In this document: positions 30,435 to 41,188 of the stretch, in pieces
How the letters are laid out: the number at the start of each line of letters is the position of its first letter
Position numbering within the stretch: position 1 is the stretch's first letter
Virus record (IMG/VR): IMGVR_UViG_3300017909_002389
Location: 1,238 to 65,237 of that record
Reading direction: 5' to 3' (one strand)
DNA: 64,000 nt
DNA from: a virus
Lineage: Duplodnaviria > Caudoviricetes
The notes under the pieces: generated by a model
The model's database searches: none
What the model was told of the DNA's origin: nothing
The model's input: the letters and a program-made list of their open reading frames with translations, nothing else
Position numbers and translations under genes: made by a program

Positions 30435-31375
30435 TAATTACGTTGTTTTAAATCTATTTTAGCTTTAATTCTCATTTTTACCTCTTGATTATCAGGGTTA
30501 TTTAAATACATAATTGTATCTGTTAAATCACCTAACTCTGATCCGTTATCAAGAGTATATCGTTTGTTTCCTTTTCTAATTATAGCTCCTGCTTCAGTAG
30601 CCTCTTGTACAAAGATACGATCATTATACTGAGGATGATTAACTATTTCTAAGAAGTAATTAGGGTCTTTTTCAAGAACATTTAATACTTCATTTTTAAG
30701 CCAATCTGCTGTAGCAGTTGCTGGAATAGTTCGTCCTAAAGATTTTATGAATCCAACAATTGCTTGTTTACTATTAGTAATCTCTGCAAACTTAACATAT
30801 GCATCTGCTTTCACATTTGCTTCTGCTAGCTTTTTCACAGTTACTTTATCTTCATCTACAATCATAAACTCATATGTTGCTTTTAATATTCTTTCATCAT
30901 AAGATGGTGAAATCAACATCTTATTAGAAAGAAGAATTAAATACTTCAACATATCTAAAGGACGATTAAGATTTAGAGTAGTTCCTTCTTTAGTTAGAAT
31001 TACTCTGCCTCTTCTATCTGATCTCCAGAAGTTTTTATCAGTTGGTAAAGTAGCATTTAAATCTACTCCCAACTCTGTTTCAAAGAACTCTTTTTGTGTC
31101 ATCCCGTTTGGATAACTTTCCATATACTTTTGAATGTTCACTCTTTTTTGATCATCCAATATTACTTTAACTCCGCCACCTCTAATTTGGCTGTTTAATG
31201 GTACTTGATAACTTCTTTTTATTTTGTTATACAAGAACGGATCTTTCTTTTTATCCTGTCCTTTTACAAGTAAATTGTTCCATTTACCTGATGACTCTAC
31301 AGGTTTTACAGAAACAAGTCTATCTTGCAAAAACGTACCATAAATTATTTTCTCTTTTGTTGCTGTCTTTGCCAT
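30434..31375 (-). CDS. conserved crAss-like protein downstream of the major capsid gene
   Basis: 313 aa; synteny only. Confidence 0.5.
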   Translation of the reverse strand: MAKTATKEKIIYGTFLQDRLVSVKPVESSGKWNNLLVKGQDKKKDPFLYNKIKRSYQVPLNSQIRGGGVKVILDDQKRVNIQKYMESYPNGMTQKEFFETELGVDLNATLPTDKNFWRSDRRGRVILTKEGTTLNLNRPLDMLKYLILLSNKMLISPSYDERILKATYEFMIVDEDKVTVKKLAEANVKADAYVKFAEITNSKQAIVGFIKSLGRTIPATATADWLKNEVLNVLEKDPNYFLEIVNHPQYNDRIFVQEATEAGAIIRKGNKRYTLDNGSELGDLTDTIMYLNNPDNQEVKMRIKAKIDLKQRN

Positions 31376-31410
31376 TTTATTTTATTTGCTGTCTTTTAAA
31401 TTCTCTTTTT

Positions 31411-31450
31411 AAAAAGGGCTCCCTAGGCTATCAACTCTAAGGAGCCTTTT
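31411..31450 (-). terminator. hairpin/terminator after the major capsid gene
   Basis: AAAAGGGCTCC...GGAGCCTTTT inverted repeat flanked by A/T runs. Confidence 0.65.
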
Positions 31451-31486
31451 CGTTTATTCAATTAAACCTTATTTATGAACAAGATT

Positions 31487-32998
31487 CTATCTCTCAACTA
31501 GTAGTCTTAGATCTACAACTTTTGTAGGATCTTCGATCATCATACCGCCCCATTTCTGGAAGTGTACTTCGTATCCGTCTACTCGTGAAGCTACCATTTT
31601 AGGACTGTTTTTTCCTCCTGGAGAGAATGGATCTCTCATACCTGGAATATACGCCCAATTATAATCTGGAACTCCTTTTGGCTTAACTCGGTAGATACCT
31701 GCGTTATCGCCATAATCAAGTGCAAGGATTCTGTGTGATTCTACTAAACCTTTTCCATCTGGGTGACGTTGTGGGAAGTATACATCATCATCGAAGAAAT
31801 CAAGGATTTCAACCATAATAGTAACTCCGTTATACCACTCGTATACATTCCACTGTGGCTCTTGTAAACTCTTAGTGTTTTTACCACCAATTGTTCCTGA
31901 AGAAGTATTTCCTAATAAGAATTTATCAGAAATTACAGTGAACTTACCAGAAGCAGATTTTTCGTTAATTTGCTTAGAGATTTCGATAGCTCCGAATTCT
32001 CCTGTAAGCAAGTGAATTGTTCTTTTACCTCTTTCGATTTTACCAACACCCATATCAAGAAGTAATTCAAGATGCCAATCAAGGTCGTAAGTGTTATAGT
32101 AATGTACGTTAGAAGGAGCGATTTGCTCAAAGAAACCTGAACCTGACTCAACTGCATATTTAGTTTTGTCATCTTTGTTCAAGTATTTGTGATCAGATGT
32201 CCAGTTTTTCTTACCATACATCAACATACGAGCAAACATTTCTTCACACTGATGGTGAGCAACCATATCTTGGTAGTTAATCCAGATAGATTCTGTTTGA
32301 CCTTTAAAGTTAAATCCGAACTCAAGTGGTTCGTTTTTACCTTTGTTGATAGTGTTACCAGCTACCTCATATTCCATTCTTAAAGTAGATGGACGGTTTT
32401 CCATTCTCCAAGGAGATGTGAAGTAAGGTTTAGAACCTTGGTAAGAAAGTGTAGATGGAGCAAGTGAATAGAATTTAGACCAACGTGTACCAATTGCTAA
32501 TTCCTCAGAAGGAATAGATTTAGTAGGATTGTCAGTAACTAATTCAACTTCAAACTTAAATCGAGATCCTGCATCCATAGCTTTTTTAACTAATAGGTGA
32601 TAATCATCAACTTCTCCACGAAGAACGTTAGTTTCTTCAAATAAAGCTTCGTCGAAGATTAAGTAGAATCGCTCTCCGTTTGCTCCTACGTTAGCAGGGA
32701 AAGATCCTCCTGAAATAGTAGCTCCTGAAATAGTTTCAGCATCAACTAAAGGAAGATTTTTGTCATGTTGCCCTTGCAACATCCAGTTGTAGAATCCGTT
32801 CTCTTGTTCCACTTCTTTAACAGGGAATCGATCACAGAACTCACGTAATTTACCTTGTAAATTAGTTTTGTAAATCTCACGAATTACATTACTAATCAAC
32901 TGAGGCTTTTGTTGGTACAAAGCATGAAAATGGTTGTCAGTGACAAGACCATTATAATCTTTAGCTTCATACTTTTGTAATGGAAGTAATTGTGCCAT
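31487..32998 (-). CDS. major capsid protein
   Basis: 503 aa after portal and scaffold; strongly biased codon usage; followed by a terminator; crAss-like layout. Confidence 0.8.
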   Translation of the reverse strand: MAQLLPLQKYEAKDYNGLVTDNHFHALYQQKPQLISNVIREIYKTNLQGKLREFCDRFPVKEVEQENGFYNWMLQGQHDKNLPLVDAETISGATISGGSFPANVGANGERFYLIFDEALFEETNVLRGEVDDYHLLVKKAMDAGSRFKFEVELVTDNPTKSIPSEELAIGTRWSKFYSLAPSTLSYQGSKPYFTSPWRMENRPSTLRMEYEVAGNTINKGKNEPLEFGFNFKGQTESIWINYQDMVAHHQCEEMFARMLMYGKKNWTSDHKYLNKDDKTKYAVESGSGFFEQIAPSNVHYYNTYDLDWHLELLLDMGVGKIERGKRTIHLLTGEFGAIEISKQINEKSASGKFTVISDKFLLGNTSSGTIGGKNTKSLQEPQWNVYEWYNGVTIMVEILDFFDDDVYFPQRHPDGKGLVESHRILALDYGDNAGIYRVKPKGVPDYNWAYIPGMRDPFSPGGKNSPKMVASRVDGYEVHFQKWGGMMIEDPTKVVDLRLLVER

Positions 32999-33036
32999 TT
33001 TTGATTTGTATTATTTGTTAACGGTATAAATTTATT

Positions 33037-34194
33037 TTACTTTTTCATTGCTCTACCGAGCATATCTAATATATTACTTGTTTTCTGAGAAGTTTCTACG
33101 GAAGTATTTTTACCTACGCTTCTGTCTTCTGATGCAATTATTTTATCTAATTCATTAATTGCTTTTGTTTTAGCAACTTGTTTTAATTTAGAAATATCAG
33201 GTTTAAACTTACCTTCTTTATCTAAATTAAACAGTCCTAAAGTATCATAGTAATTTATAAGCATTTCAAACTCTACTGGGTTTCTAGTTTGCTTATACAT
33301 TAAACTGTTATATTCTCTTCCTGTTTTATTATCCTTATAAACAGGATTTAAAATATTTTGCTTAATCTTTTCTTTACTAATTTTATTGAGATTAACTCCA
33401 TCAATAAAAGATTGCCTAGAATCTATATTATTAATTAAAGACTCAAAAGCTTTATTTTGTTTTTCAATTTCTTGTTTAGTTCTATTTGCTTTATATTCTT
33501 TTGCTTGAGTTACTACAGCATTTGCTTGATTTTTTAACTCAGGTACAGCTTTCAAAGCTTTATCTGCTAATTTATTTACTTCTATAGCATCTTGTATTGC
33601 TTCAGCTGCTTGCTCTTGTGAAAAATTTTTTGATAATAGTAAGTCATAATAAATTTCTTTTTGTAGATTTTCATTATCCTTAATATCTTGTTCTGTTACA
33701 GAATCAAAAAACTCTAACCTCTGTGCCATCATAATAGCTTGGTCTGTTTCATCAAATGCATCTTCAATTTCTAAGAATCTTTTTTTAGCAGCGGGCATAC
33801 TAGCTTTCCACTGTTCTTCAGCTGCTTTAAAATTAGTTTGAACCGTTTTAGTCATTAATTCTTTAATAGTATCTAATGATCCTTCTAGTTCATCTAATTT
33901 ATCAGCTTCTGCAGCAGTAATAATATTTGCATCAACTAATTCTTTAATTAATCCTTTATAAATTTCTTCACTCCTCTCGCTTGAGGTAGTGGTTGTAGAT
34001 TTAGTTTGGTTATCGGTGTTTTCATAAGCACCTTCACCTTCTTCTGATTCTACAGGTTGAAACATTTCTGAGTTCTCCTCCTCAGTTTTTGTTTCTTCTT
34101 TTTCTTCGCTTTCTTCAGACTCCACGACTGAATTAAGCTCTTCTGGTGACATTATTTGAAGTCCTTCAAATAGATCATCTTTTTCTTCACTCAT
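33037..34194 (-). CDS. putative capsid scaffold protein
   Basis: Highly acidic N-terminus, helical, between portal and major capsid genes. Confidence 0.55.
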   Translation of the reverse strand: MSEEKDDLFEGLQIMSPEELNSVVESEESEEKEETKTEEENSEMFQPVESEEGEGAYENTDNQTKSTTTTSSERSEEIYKGLIKELVDANIITAAEADKLDELEGSLDTIKELMTKTVQTNFKAAEEQWKASMPAAKKRFLEIEDAFDETDQAIMMAQRLEFFDSVTEQDIKDNENLQKEIYYDLLLSKNFSQEQAAEAIQDAIEVNKLADKALKAVPELKNQANAVVTQAKEYKANRTKQEIEKQNKAFESLINNIDSRQSFIDGVNLNKISKEKIKQNILNPVYKDNKTGREYNSLMYKQTRNPVEFEMLINYYDTLGLFNLDKEGKFKPDISKLKQVAKTKAINELDKIIASEDRSVGKNTSVETSQKTSNILDMLGRAMKK

Positions 34195-34284
34195 AATTGC
34201 TGTCTTTATTTGGTTACAATATTAAAATTATTTTTATAATTAAACTCGATTATATTTATAGCTTTGTTCTATAGTGCTATAGCT

Positions 34285-36735
34285 TTATTTATTTTTCATT
34301 GCATCTGTTCTTTCCTTCTCTATTTGCATTTTCTCTTTTGCAATTTCTTCTTTTGCTTGATTAGAACGAATAGTCTCATCCAATTTAGCACGATCTAAAC
34401 TAGCTTTTTCATCATTTCTTTTTTCTTCAACTTCTGTTCGTCGAAGATCTAATTCATCTGCAATGCCATTATTATCAGAATCTATTAATCCTGATTCTGT
34501 ACGATAATTATTATTTACTTCTTTTAATGCTGCTATTTGTATGTCAGCTTGAATTTTTTCTCGTTTAACAGCTATTTCATCTTCATGCTTTTTGAGATCG
34601 ATTTCTTGCTCCATTTGTTTTTGCTCCATTTCAGCTTGTTGCATTTGTTGTTGCTGTTGCATTTGTTGCTCCTGCATTTTATTATTTTCTTCTCTAATTC
34701 TTTCTGCAGAATTTTGAAGCTTCTTAGCAATATCTTGTACAGAGTCAGACTGTGATATAGCTACTAAATCTGAAATAGTCGCTTGACCATTTTGAATAGC
34801 TGCTTGAGATAATGCCCTAATGTCATTATACAATTGCGTATCATTGCTAGAATTAGAAAGATGTAAATCATATTCTGTGGAGGCAAACTCATCGAAATGA
34901 GTAATAAATTGCTGACTAAGGTCGTCAAGTAAGAATTGTCCTTTTTGAGGATTTGCTTTATATGCATATTTACAACATTCTAAAAATTTAGTAAGAACTC
35001 TTTTTCTAAAGTTTTGGTCTATAGCAAACCATTTTTCTGTAATGTGAGATGTCTGTGCAACTTCTCTTTCAACGTTACCTACTGCTTCTCTATTTTGTAT
35101 TTGTCCTTCCCGTGCTCCAGAAACACCAGCTAGCTTGCCCAGTGTATTTTCTATGTCGACAAGTAAGTTAGTATACATACCTATTGCATTAGGATCTCCT
35201 ATATTAACTTGTTGTGCAGTAAGTTGATTAAATTGTCCTGCAGATTTACCTTGCGCAGGACCTTTAAGAATTTCATTAGTAGGGTCTAACCAAGCAAACT
35301 TATTTACAGTTACATATCTCATCCATTCTTTTGGATCCCATCCTGATGGTACTAATGCAGAGTTAATAGCAGTAAAGGACCCCTTATATGTGGCAATTTC
35401 GAGCTCTCTTTTGTAGTAAGCTATGTCATAAGAATAGGCGAGAGGTTTCATGATGTCCATAAGGGATTGGACTTTATAGTCGTTTGTGGAATTGACAGAG
35501 CCAATATATGGCGGGGTCCCTTTAGATTTATTTACTAATGATTTACTAGCAAATGGTACAGGGCGCATTACTGTGTAAATGTGGTCAGCAATTTTAGTGC
35601 CTTCCATCCATTCGTTTACCCATATCCATTTTACTTTTTCTCCAAGTTCTTTATTGGGTCTGTAATCTTCAGGAACCCAATCTTTTTGTTCTACACCCTC
35701 TTCATCATAATATGTAAGCTCTCCAATCTTACGTCTAGAGCGCCAACATACTTTCATAACTCTTACATTGCCATATGTGTCAAATGCACCTGCAAAAGTT
35801 CTAACACCTGCTTCATTAGGATGGAATATGTCTAGTGCTCCAGCTTCTCCATAGAAATCAAATATTGATATATCTCTATTTAAGCCAACGCCTCCACCAC
35901 CGTCCATAGCAGTATCTACTTTTCCTTTTTCTAGAAAGTCTATATCTTTTGGTTTAAGAGTATCCCAGTAATCATCGATTACTTGGCCTACAGATTTGTA
36001 TCCATATTCTACAATAATATCAGCGTCTTCAATATACATAGAGCTGCCGCCAAGAGTATATATATTCATTGGATTTACTCTTCGCATTACAGGCTCTCCT
36101 CCAAGAACTCCACAATATGCTATTTCTTCTCCTGCTGTAAGTAAATCTTCAAATGTTCTTAAAAATTCAAAATCAAAGTTACCTTCTTTATATTCTTTCT
36201 TTAAAATTTTGTTAGCTACAATTTCACTTAAATCTTGGAATTCATAGTTTTGATATTTTTCAAGAGCTTGTAGTCTTTTTTGTATTTCTTGTTCACTAAC
36301 AGAATCTTGTTGAATAATTCCTACTACTTCCGCTTTAATTTGTTCTATCAAAGCTCGCTCTTTTCTAGATATACCTTCTTGGTCTCCTGATGATATATAA
36401 GCTTTAAACTCTTTTTTACGCTTGGCGTATTCTCCTAATAATAAATTAATTTTTGTGTTTTCAATACCGATGTGTTGAAAAGTTGCAGGCATTGAATCAA
36501 GATCTAAATTATCAGGATTAATAAATTTTTCAAAATCTCTAGGAGAAATTACATTAGCACGTAGATTGTAATTAATGCGTTTGTTTCTAAAACTGTTTCT
36601 TAAATTTACATCAGATGTTAACAGGTGCTCTGCAAAGTCTATATTCTTTTTATACCACTTATCTGTCTTTTGTGCATCAGATAATTTTTGCCGTGGAAAA
36701 TTTATATAACCTTGGTTATCTAGATTGTCGGCCAT
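34285..36735 (-). CDS. portal protein
   Basis: 816 aa directly after the terminase; C-terminal Gln/Met-rich coiled coil. Confidence 0.8.
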   Translation of the reverse strand: MADNLDNQGYINFPRQKLSDAQKTDKWYKKNIDFAEHLLTSDVNLRNSFRNKRINYNLRANVISPRDFEKFINPDNLDLDSMPATFQHIGIENTKINLLLGEYAKRKKEFKAYISSGDQEGISRKERALIEQIKAEVVGIIQQDSVSEQEIQKRLQALEKYQNYEFQDLSEIVANKILKKEYKEGNFDFEFLRTFEDLLTAGEEIAYCGVLGGEPVMRRVNPMNIYTLGGSSMYIEDADIIVEYGYKSVGQVIDDYWDTLKPKDIDFLEKGKVDTAMDGGGGVGLNRDISIFDFYGEAGALDIFHPNEAGVRTFAGAFDTYGNVRVMKVCWRSRRKIGELTYYDEEGVEQKDWVPEDYRPNKELGEKVKWIWVNEWMEGTKIADHIYTVMRPVPFASKSLVNKSKGTPPYIGSVNSTNDYKVQSLMDIMKPLAYSYDIAYYKRELEIATYKGSFTAINSALVPSGWDPKEWMRYVTVNKFAWLDPTNEILKGPAQGKSAGQFNQLTAQQVNIGDPNAIGMYTNLLVDIENTLGKLAGVSGAREGQIQNREAVGNVEREVAQTSHITEKWFAIDQNFRKRVLTKFLECCKYAYKANPQKGQFLLDDLSQQFITHFDEFASTEYDLHLSNSSNDTQLYNDIRALSQAAIQNGQATISDLVAISQSDSVQDIAKKLQNSAERIREENNKMQEQQMQQQQQMQQAEMEQKQMEQEIDLKKHEDEIAVKREKIQADIQIAALKEVNNNYRTESGLIDSDNNGIADELDLRRTEVEEKRNDEKASLDRAKLDETIRSNQAKEEIAKEKMQIEKERTDAMKNK

Positions 36736-36764
36736 AATAATAATTATTTTCTATTTTTACAAAT

Positions 36765-38936
36765 CTATGAATAAAAATTTGAATCTATAGTTCCAGTAGG
36801 TTTCTTTTTTAATACGCCCATTTGAGAGAAATAATCATTATCTAAAAACGTTTTAACTTCTTCTACACGTTTATCTAGTTTTTTATACATAGTAGAATCT
36901 AACCACATAAGCATTATTAACGCAGATACTCTATCAAAGTTGCCTTGTGGATTCCACATAATTAATTCTGTAAGCAACGCAGGAGAATATATAGTTTTAT
37001 AGATTTTAGTCTCTGAATTAATTGATGTGGTTTCTTGTAACCAAGACTTAACCATATTACGTCCTTCTGAGTTAACAGTTGCTGATGCATTAATTCCTTT
37101 AGATGTATTACCAGTTTGTTTATATGTATCAGAGGACCGTAATTGATAAGGCGTGTCTGCAAGTAAATATGTGCATTTATGGCGATCAAAATAATTAAAT
37201 AAACCGATGAGGTTTTTTTCATACATACCTACAGCGTTATAATATAATAAAAGCTTTCTACAGATTTCATAAAAGTCTTTTGCTTCAGAACTTCTACCTG
37301 TATATTCTGCTACAAGTTGTCTTGTTAGTCTATTCATTATAAATATAGAAGGTAAAGAATCAGTAGTAGATTTATCTTTATCTACAACATCTATTCCTGC
37401 TATATATACATTTCTAGGAATTACGCCTTCATCATTTTTTTGCGGTTTTACCCATACCTCAACGCATCCTCGTTTATCATCGTTACGTTGCAATGGGAAT
37501 TTTCTTATTGGTTTTAGATCCTGGATAGTGTTAAATTCTACTTGATTGTCTTCATTAAATGTGAGTATGCCTTTAAAACTTGCATCTTGGAACTTAGCAT
37601 ATTTACCTCCTTCAACTTCTGCTAGCTGTTCTTTTAATTGTAATGTTGGAAAGAATGCTCCTTCTAGAATTAAGAAAGCTTCCGACGGTAACATTGGTCC
37701 GTTAATTATTTCAGTTTGGTATACTGTTGGATCAGGAGACTTTTTAGCTATATCTCTTTTACTTTCTATAAATACTCTAGATAAATCTTCATTAGTAATA
37801 AGGTTAGGGCCTTTTTTGAATTCATTAAGTGTCAAAGAATATGGTACAAAGTATCCTATAGTTCCTCTGTTTTCAAATATGTCTTCAAATTCTACGCAAT
37901 TGTAATCGTGAGGATTTCTAAATATAGTTTCTGCGTATAGTGCAGCTTTTCCAGAAACTAATCCTCCCGTCCCCAGGGCCCATATTACAAGATTCTTTTT
38001 TGCTTTAGATGCTTGTGTTGCTTCAATTGCTCCCCAAGATTCTTTTATATTATACATAAAACCAACTTCATCTAATGCTACTAAGTTAGGTCGTGTTCCA
38101 TTAGCTGCTAGCGGGTTATCTTTAAATGTACGATGTCGCATCACAGAGCCTGTTCTTGTAGTTGCTTCTCTGTTAGCCATAAAAGAACCTGTATGAGATA
38201 TTGATAGTGGTGATGGATAATACTCGTCTCCTAATTGAAAATCACCGCCTAGTAATTCTATAGCAGTTGTAACTTTTTTCATAAGAGGTATTGAGTATTT
38301 AGTATCAATAGCCCCAATGATTGTATCTGATGCTAAAAAGTTTTTAGTTTTCTTTCGAGATAAATAGTCATCATAATCTGTGGCTCCGTCGAATAAGAAA
38401 TTATGGTTAGCTATTCCCGATGTCGAATAACTTTTACCAGATCCCCGTGCCTGGATACTTATAAAATGTTTTGCAGAATTTTTATACAGAGGCTTTCCTA
38501 GATTCTTGCCATGGTTCTTTCTAAGATATTCTCGTGCAGGTATGTATTCTAATTTCTTTAATTCTTCTTTAGTTATACGTTGTAACTTAAGAGCTAGTTC
38601 TTTTTCAGGACCGTATTTACGATCACATGTATATTTCTTGTCATTAGTAAAGCCTGAGAATCCTCGGCATTCTTCGTAGATTAAAAACAGCTCCCAATCT
38701 ATATCACGTAAAAATGGCAAACCAAATGCTTGCGATACAGATGAATCATCTTCAAATTGTATGTTATGGAAGTTTATGTAATAGTATAGCGGTCCAGGCA
38801 TCCATTTGCCTTGTTGCCAATATCCTTCTATACATTTACGTTTTTCTTCTTTCCAAAATGAAAGCCTCTCATAATGTTCTAGTATAGGATGGAATTGTGG
38901 TATCTCATCTAATCTAAAGTTCTTATTGTTTATCAT
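36765..38936 (-). CDS. terL: terminase large subunit
   Basis: Walker A QARGSGKS, Walker B VALDEVG, RNase H-like IAGIDVV...NFDRVSAL. Confidence 0.9.
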   Translation of the reverse strand: MINNKNFRLDEIPQFHPILEHYERLSFWKEEKRKCIEGYWQQGKWMPGPLYYYINFHNIQFEDDSSVSQAFGLPFLRDIDWELFLIYEECRGFSGFTNDKKYTCDRKYGPEKELALKLQRITKEELKKLEYIPAREYLRKNHGKNLGKPLYKNSAKHFISIQARGSGKSYSTSGIANHNFLFDGATDYDDYLSRKKTKNFLASDTIIGAIDTKYSIPLMKKVTTAIELLGGDFQLGDEYYPSPLSISHTGSFMANREATTRTGSVMRHRTFKDNPLAANGTRPNLVALDEVGFMYNIKESWGAIEATQASKAKKNLVIWALGTGGLVSGKAALYAETIFRNPHDYNCVEFEDIFENRGTIGYFVPYSLTLNEFKKGPNLITNEDLSRVFIESKRDIAKKSPDPTVYQTEIINGPMLPSEAFLILEGAFFPTLQLKEQLAEVEGGKYAKFQDASFKGILTFNEDNQVEFNTIQDLKPIRKFPLQRNDDKRGCVEVWVKPQKNDEGVIPRNVYIAGIDVVDKDKSTTDSLPSIFIMNRLTRQLVAEYTGRSSEAKDFYEICRKLLLYYNAVGMYEKNLIGLFNYFDRHKCTYLLADTPYQLRSSDTYKQTGNTSKGINASATVNSEGRNMVKSWLQETTSINSETKIYKTIYSPALLTELIMWNPQGNFDRVSALIMLMWLDSTMYKKLDKRVEEVKTFLDNDYFSQMGVLKKKPTGTIDSNFYS

Positions 38937-39177
38937 GTAATGCTGGCCATTTATCTAGTGGACAAGAAGATTCTAATGAGCGTGTCTTAAATTTTAAGGA
39001 ACATCCACAGACTGAACAACAAGAAGAAATAAGAGCTGCACATTTTGTAGACTTATGTTCACAGTCTGTGCAGATAGTATTTCTAGCCTCAGCTACTTCT
39101 TCTATAAATTCGTCTTTTAATATTAGGTTTTTAATTCCTGATAGTATTTTTTGTTTATTTTCCCAAATGTTATCCAT
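38923..39177 (-). CDS. small Cys-rich Zn-finger protein
   Basis: CTDC...C...CCSVCGC...SCP..KW. Confidence 0.65.
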   Translation of the reverse strand: MDNIWENKQKILSGIKNLILKDEFIEEVAEARNTICTDCEHKSTKCAALISSCCSVCGCSLKFKTRSLESSCPLDKWPALHDKQ

Positions 39178-39179
39178 AA

Positions 39180-39716
39180 CTATATTTCTCCTGATTCAGT
39201 TAAAGATACTATATTCTTTCCTTTCTTGGTTATTTTTTCTTCTTCGTAATCTTTTTTAATCTTTTTATAATCATCAAATAACTTAGCTGTATTAGCTAAC
39301 ATAGTATCTATTTCTTTTAAAATCTTTGTATCAACTTCTGCTATATGTTGTACATCTAAAGCTTGTTTATATAGTTTCTTTAATGACTTATCTCTCATCG
39401 TCATTATCTCGTTCCAATTAACTAATGCTCGCTCTGCATCTGAAAGGACCATAGATTTATATAAGTCTACTATATCAGTTACATCTTCCCATTTAAATTT
39501 AGGATCTTTAAGAAAATCTTTTTTAATTATGTCTAGCTTGTCAGGTATATTAAAAAACTTTGATTCAGGATTGTGTGCAAAGTCAATAGCCCACATTAAC
39601 CGTGAGCTATTAGCTTTAGACTTAGATTTATCTTTTGTATATATCTCATTAAACTCTTTAATGATTTTTAACTCAGGATACATGTCCCAGAAATTATTTT
39701 CGTATAGTGCTTTCAT
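39180..39716 (-). CDS. putative terminase small subunit / conserved protein
   Basis: 178 aa helical protein two genes upstream of terL; position only. Confidence 0.35.
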   Translation of the reverse strand: MKALYENNFWDMYPELKIIKEFNEIYTKDKSKSKANSSRLMWAIDFAHNPESKFFNIPDKLDIIKKDFLKDPKFKWEDVTDIVDLYKSMVLSDAERALVNWNEIMTMRDKSLKKLYKQALDVQHIAEVDTKILKEIDTMLANTAKLFDDYKKIKKDYEEEKITKKGKNIVSLTESGEI

Positions 39717-39891
39717 AATTTAATTTCTTAAACTTTTCCCACATTTCATTATAAGGAACTTCAGAATGATATTCTCTATTTCCTAAAATTATAATAGAAC
39801 TTCCATTATGATGTTTAGCTAATGCATCTACTTTATAAAAAGTAACCATCATTAGTTTATTGTCTACAACTACTTCAAGTGTTAGATTCAT
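39694..39891 (-). CDS. hypothetical protein
   Basis: ORF overlapping both neighbours. Confidence 0.5.
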   Translation of the reverse strand: MNLTLEVVVDNKLMMVTFYKVDALAKHHNGSSIIILGNREYHSEVPYNEMWEKFKKLNYESTIRK

Positions 39892-40159
39892 TTTGTTTCT
39901 TTTTTATGCAATAGTTTGCATGATTTATTTTTCTTTTATTAGGAACAAACTTTCCAAAGTTATCTATGTGTATTATAGGAAACTTGTTCTCATCAAATAA
40001 TCCTTCTGTCTTATGATCGCTACTAATTACCTCTGATATTTTAGAACCTAATAAGTTCCATATTTCTTCTGCCTGGGAAACTTTTATACCGTGGTCAGCT
40101 GCTATCTTTTTTAAAATCTCTTTTTGTTTATTCATCAGGGATTTCGATAGTAAAGTCAA
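39875..40159 (-). CDS. HU/IHF-like DNA-binding protein
   Basis: KQKEILKKIAADHGIKVSQAEEIW...IHIDNFGKF matches the HU helices plus the FGKF strand. Confidence 0.6.
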   Translation of the reverse strand: MTLLSKSLMNKQKEILKKIAADHGIKVSQAEEIWNLLGSKISEVISSDHKTEGLFDENKFPIIHIDNFGKFVPNKRKINHANYCIKKKQNESNT

Positions 40160-40694
40160 ACTCAGGTTCTTCTACCACAGGTGCTTTAGAAGCATCATGT
40201 TTATATTCTTTAGGAGGTTTTATCTCTTCTTTCTTTTTTTCTTCCTTAATAACAGGCTTTTCTTCTTTAGGAGGATTAGCAGTCATAACTAGATTTATTT
40301 CAATTCGATAGCCATCAGTATCAGGTTTATATCTCAGCTCAGGATGTAATATGTTTTTATCGTCTATTAACGGCTTATTAAACATAGTCTTCTTTCTAAG
40401 CTTAGATATTATTACGTTAAATTGTTTTTCAGCAATGCCTAAATCTTCTCTGATCTCTTTACGTACATCAGTAGACAAAATAAACTTAGCTCGTTTCTCT
40501 TCAGGAAGCGCTTCGTATTCGTTGTTCAAACTTATCAGTTCAGCTAATACATCTCGCTCCTGGGGAGTAAGTCCAAGCATAAAATTCATAAACGCCAATA
40601 TCTGACGATATATGATTTTATTATTTGTCGGTAATGATAGGACCTTTCGTTGCTTCATGAATAATTGTTTTCTGCATTTCTTTATCAGTAGCAA
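40128..40694 (-). CDS. winged-helix DNA-binding protein
   Basis: LTPQERDVLAELI...IREDLGIAEKQFNVIISKLRKK. Confidence 0.5.
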   Translation of the reverse strand: MLLIKKCRKQLFMKQRKVLSLPTNNKIIYRQILAFMNFMLGLTPQERDVLAELISLNNEYEALPEEKRAKFILSTDVRKEIREDLGIAEKQFNVIISKLRKKTMFNKPLIDDKNILHPELRYKPDTDGYRIEINLVMTANPPKEEKPVIKEEKKKEEIKPPKEYKHDASKAPVVEEPEFDFTIEIPDE

Positions 40695-41022
40695 GCATCT
40701 TAGCTACTTCATACCAAGTAATAAGCGCTCCCTGTGTAAGAGTCGCAAGTACTTCTATAATTGCATGGTATTCCATAGTCTTTGCATCTATGTTATTAGG
40801 TCTAGGCAATCTAAATTGTTGTACAGTTCTTTCACCGTGACCAAGTTCAGCTACGATAATATCTACATGCCATGCTTTAAATATATGGTTCTCTTCTTTT
40901 ATTTCTTCAGGATATGACTTATACTTAAACGTAAGTCCTGAAGTTGTAGATTTTTCTGATGCTACTACAAAAGCTGTAGCTAATAACTCTTTAGCTACTT
41001 TTAATTTCTCTGCTGTCTTCAT
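40621..41022 (-). CDS. hypothetical protein
   Basis: 133 aa ORF in the leftward operon. Confidence 0.55.
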   Translation of the reverse strand: MKTAEKLKVAKELLATAFVVASEKSTTSGLTFKYKSYPEEIKEENHIFKAWHVDIIVAELGHGERTVQQFRLPRPNNIDAKTMEYHAIIEVLATLTQGALITWYEVAKMLATDKEMQKTIIHEATKGPIITDK

Positions 41023-41188
41023 TGTTTTCTAAATAACATTTCATTATTACCTTGTCAGGGCCTAAGAATAATTTAGAATAAAAGAATTTATTGTGCTGTC
41101 TGCAATAATCTTTAAATCTATCTTCTAAGACCCGTGACTTTTCTAATATTTCTCCCAGATCTTCTGACCTTAATTCTCCAATTTCCAT
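40991..41188 (-). CDS. hypothetical protein
   Basis: 65 aa ORF abutting its neighbours. Confidence 0.5.
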   Translation of the reverse strand: MEIGELRSEDLGEILEKSRVLEDRFKDYCRQHNKFFYSKLFLGPDKVIMKCYLENNEDSREIKSS

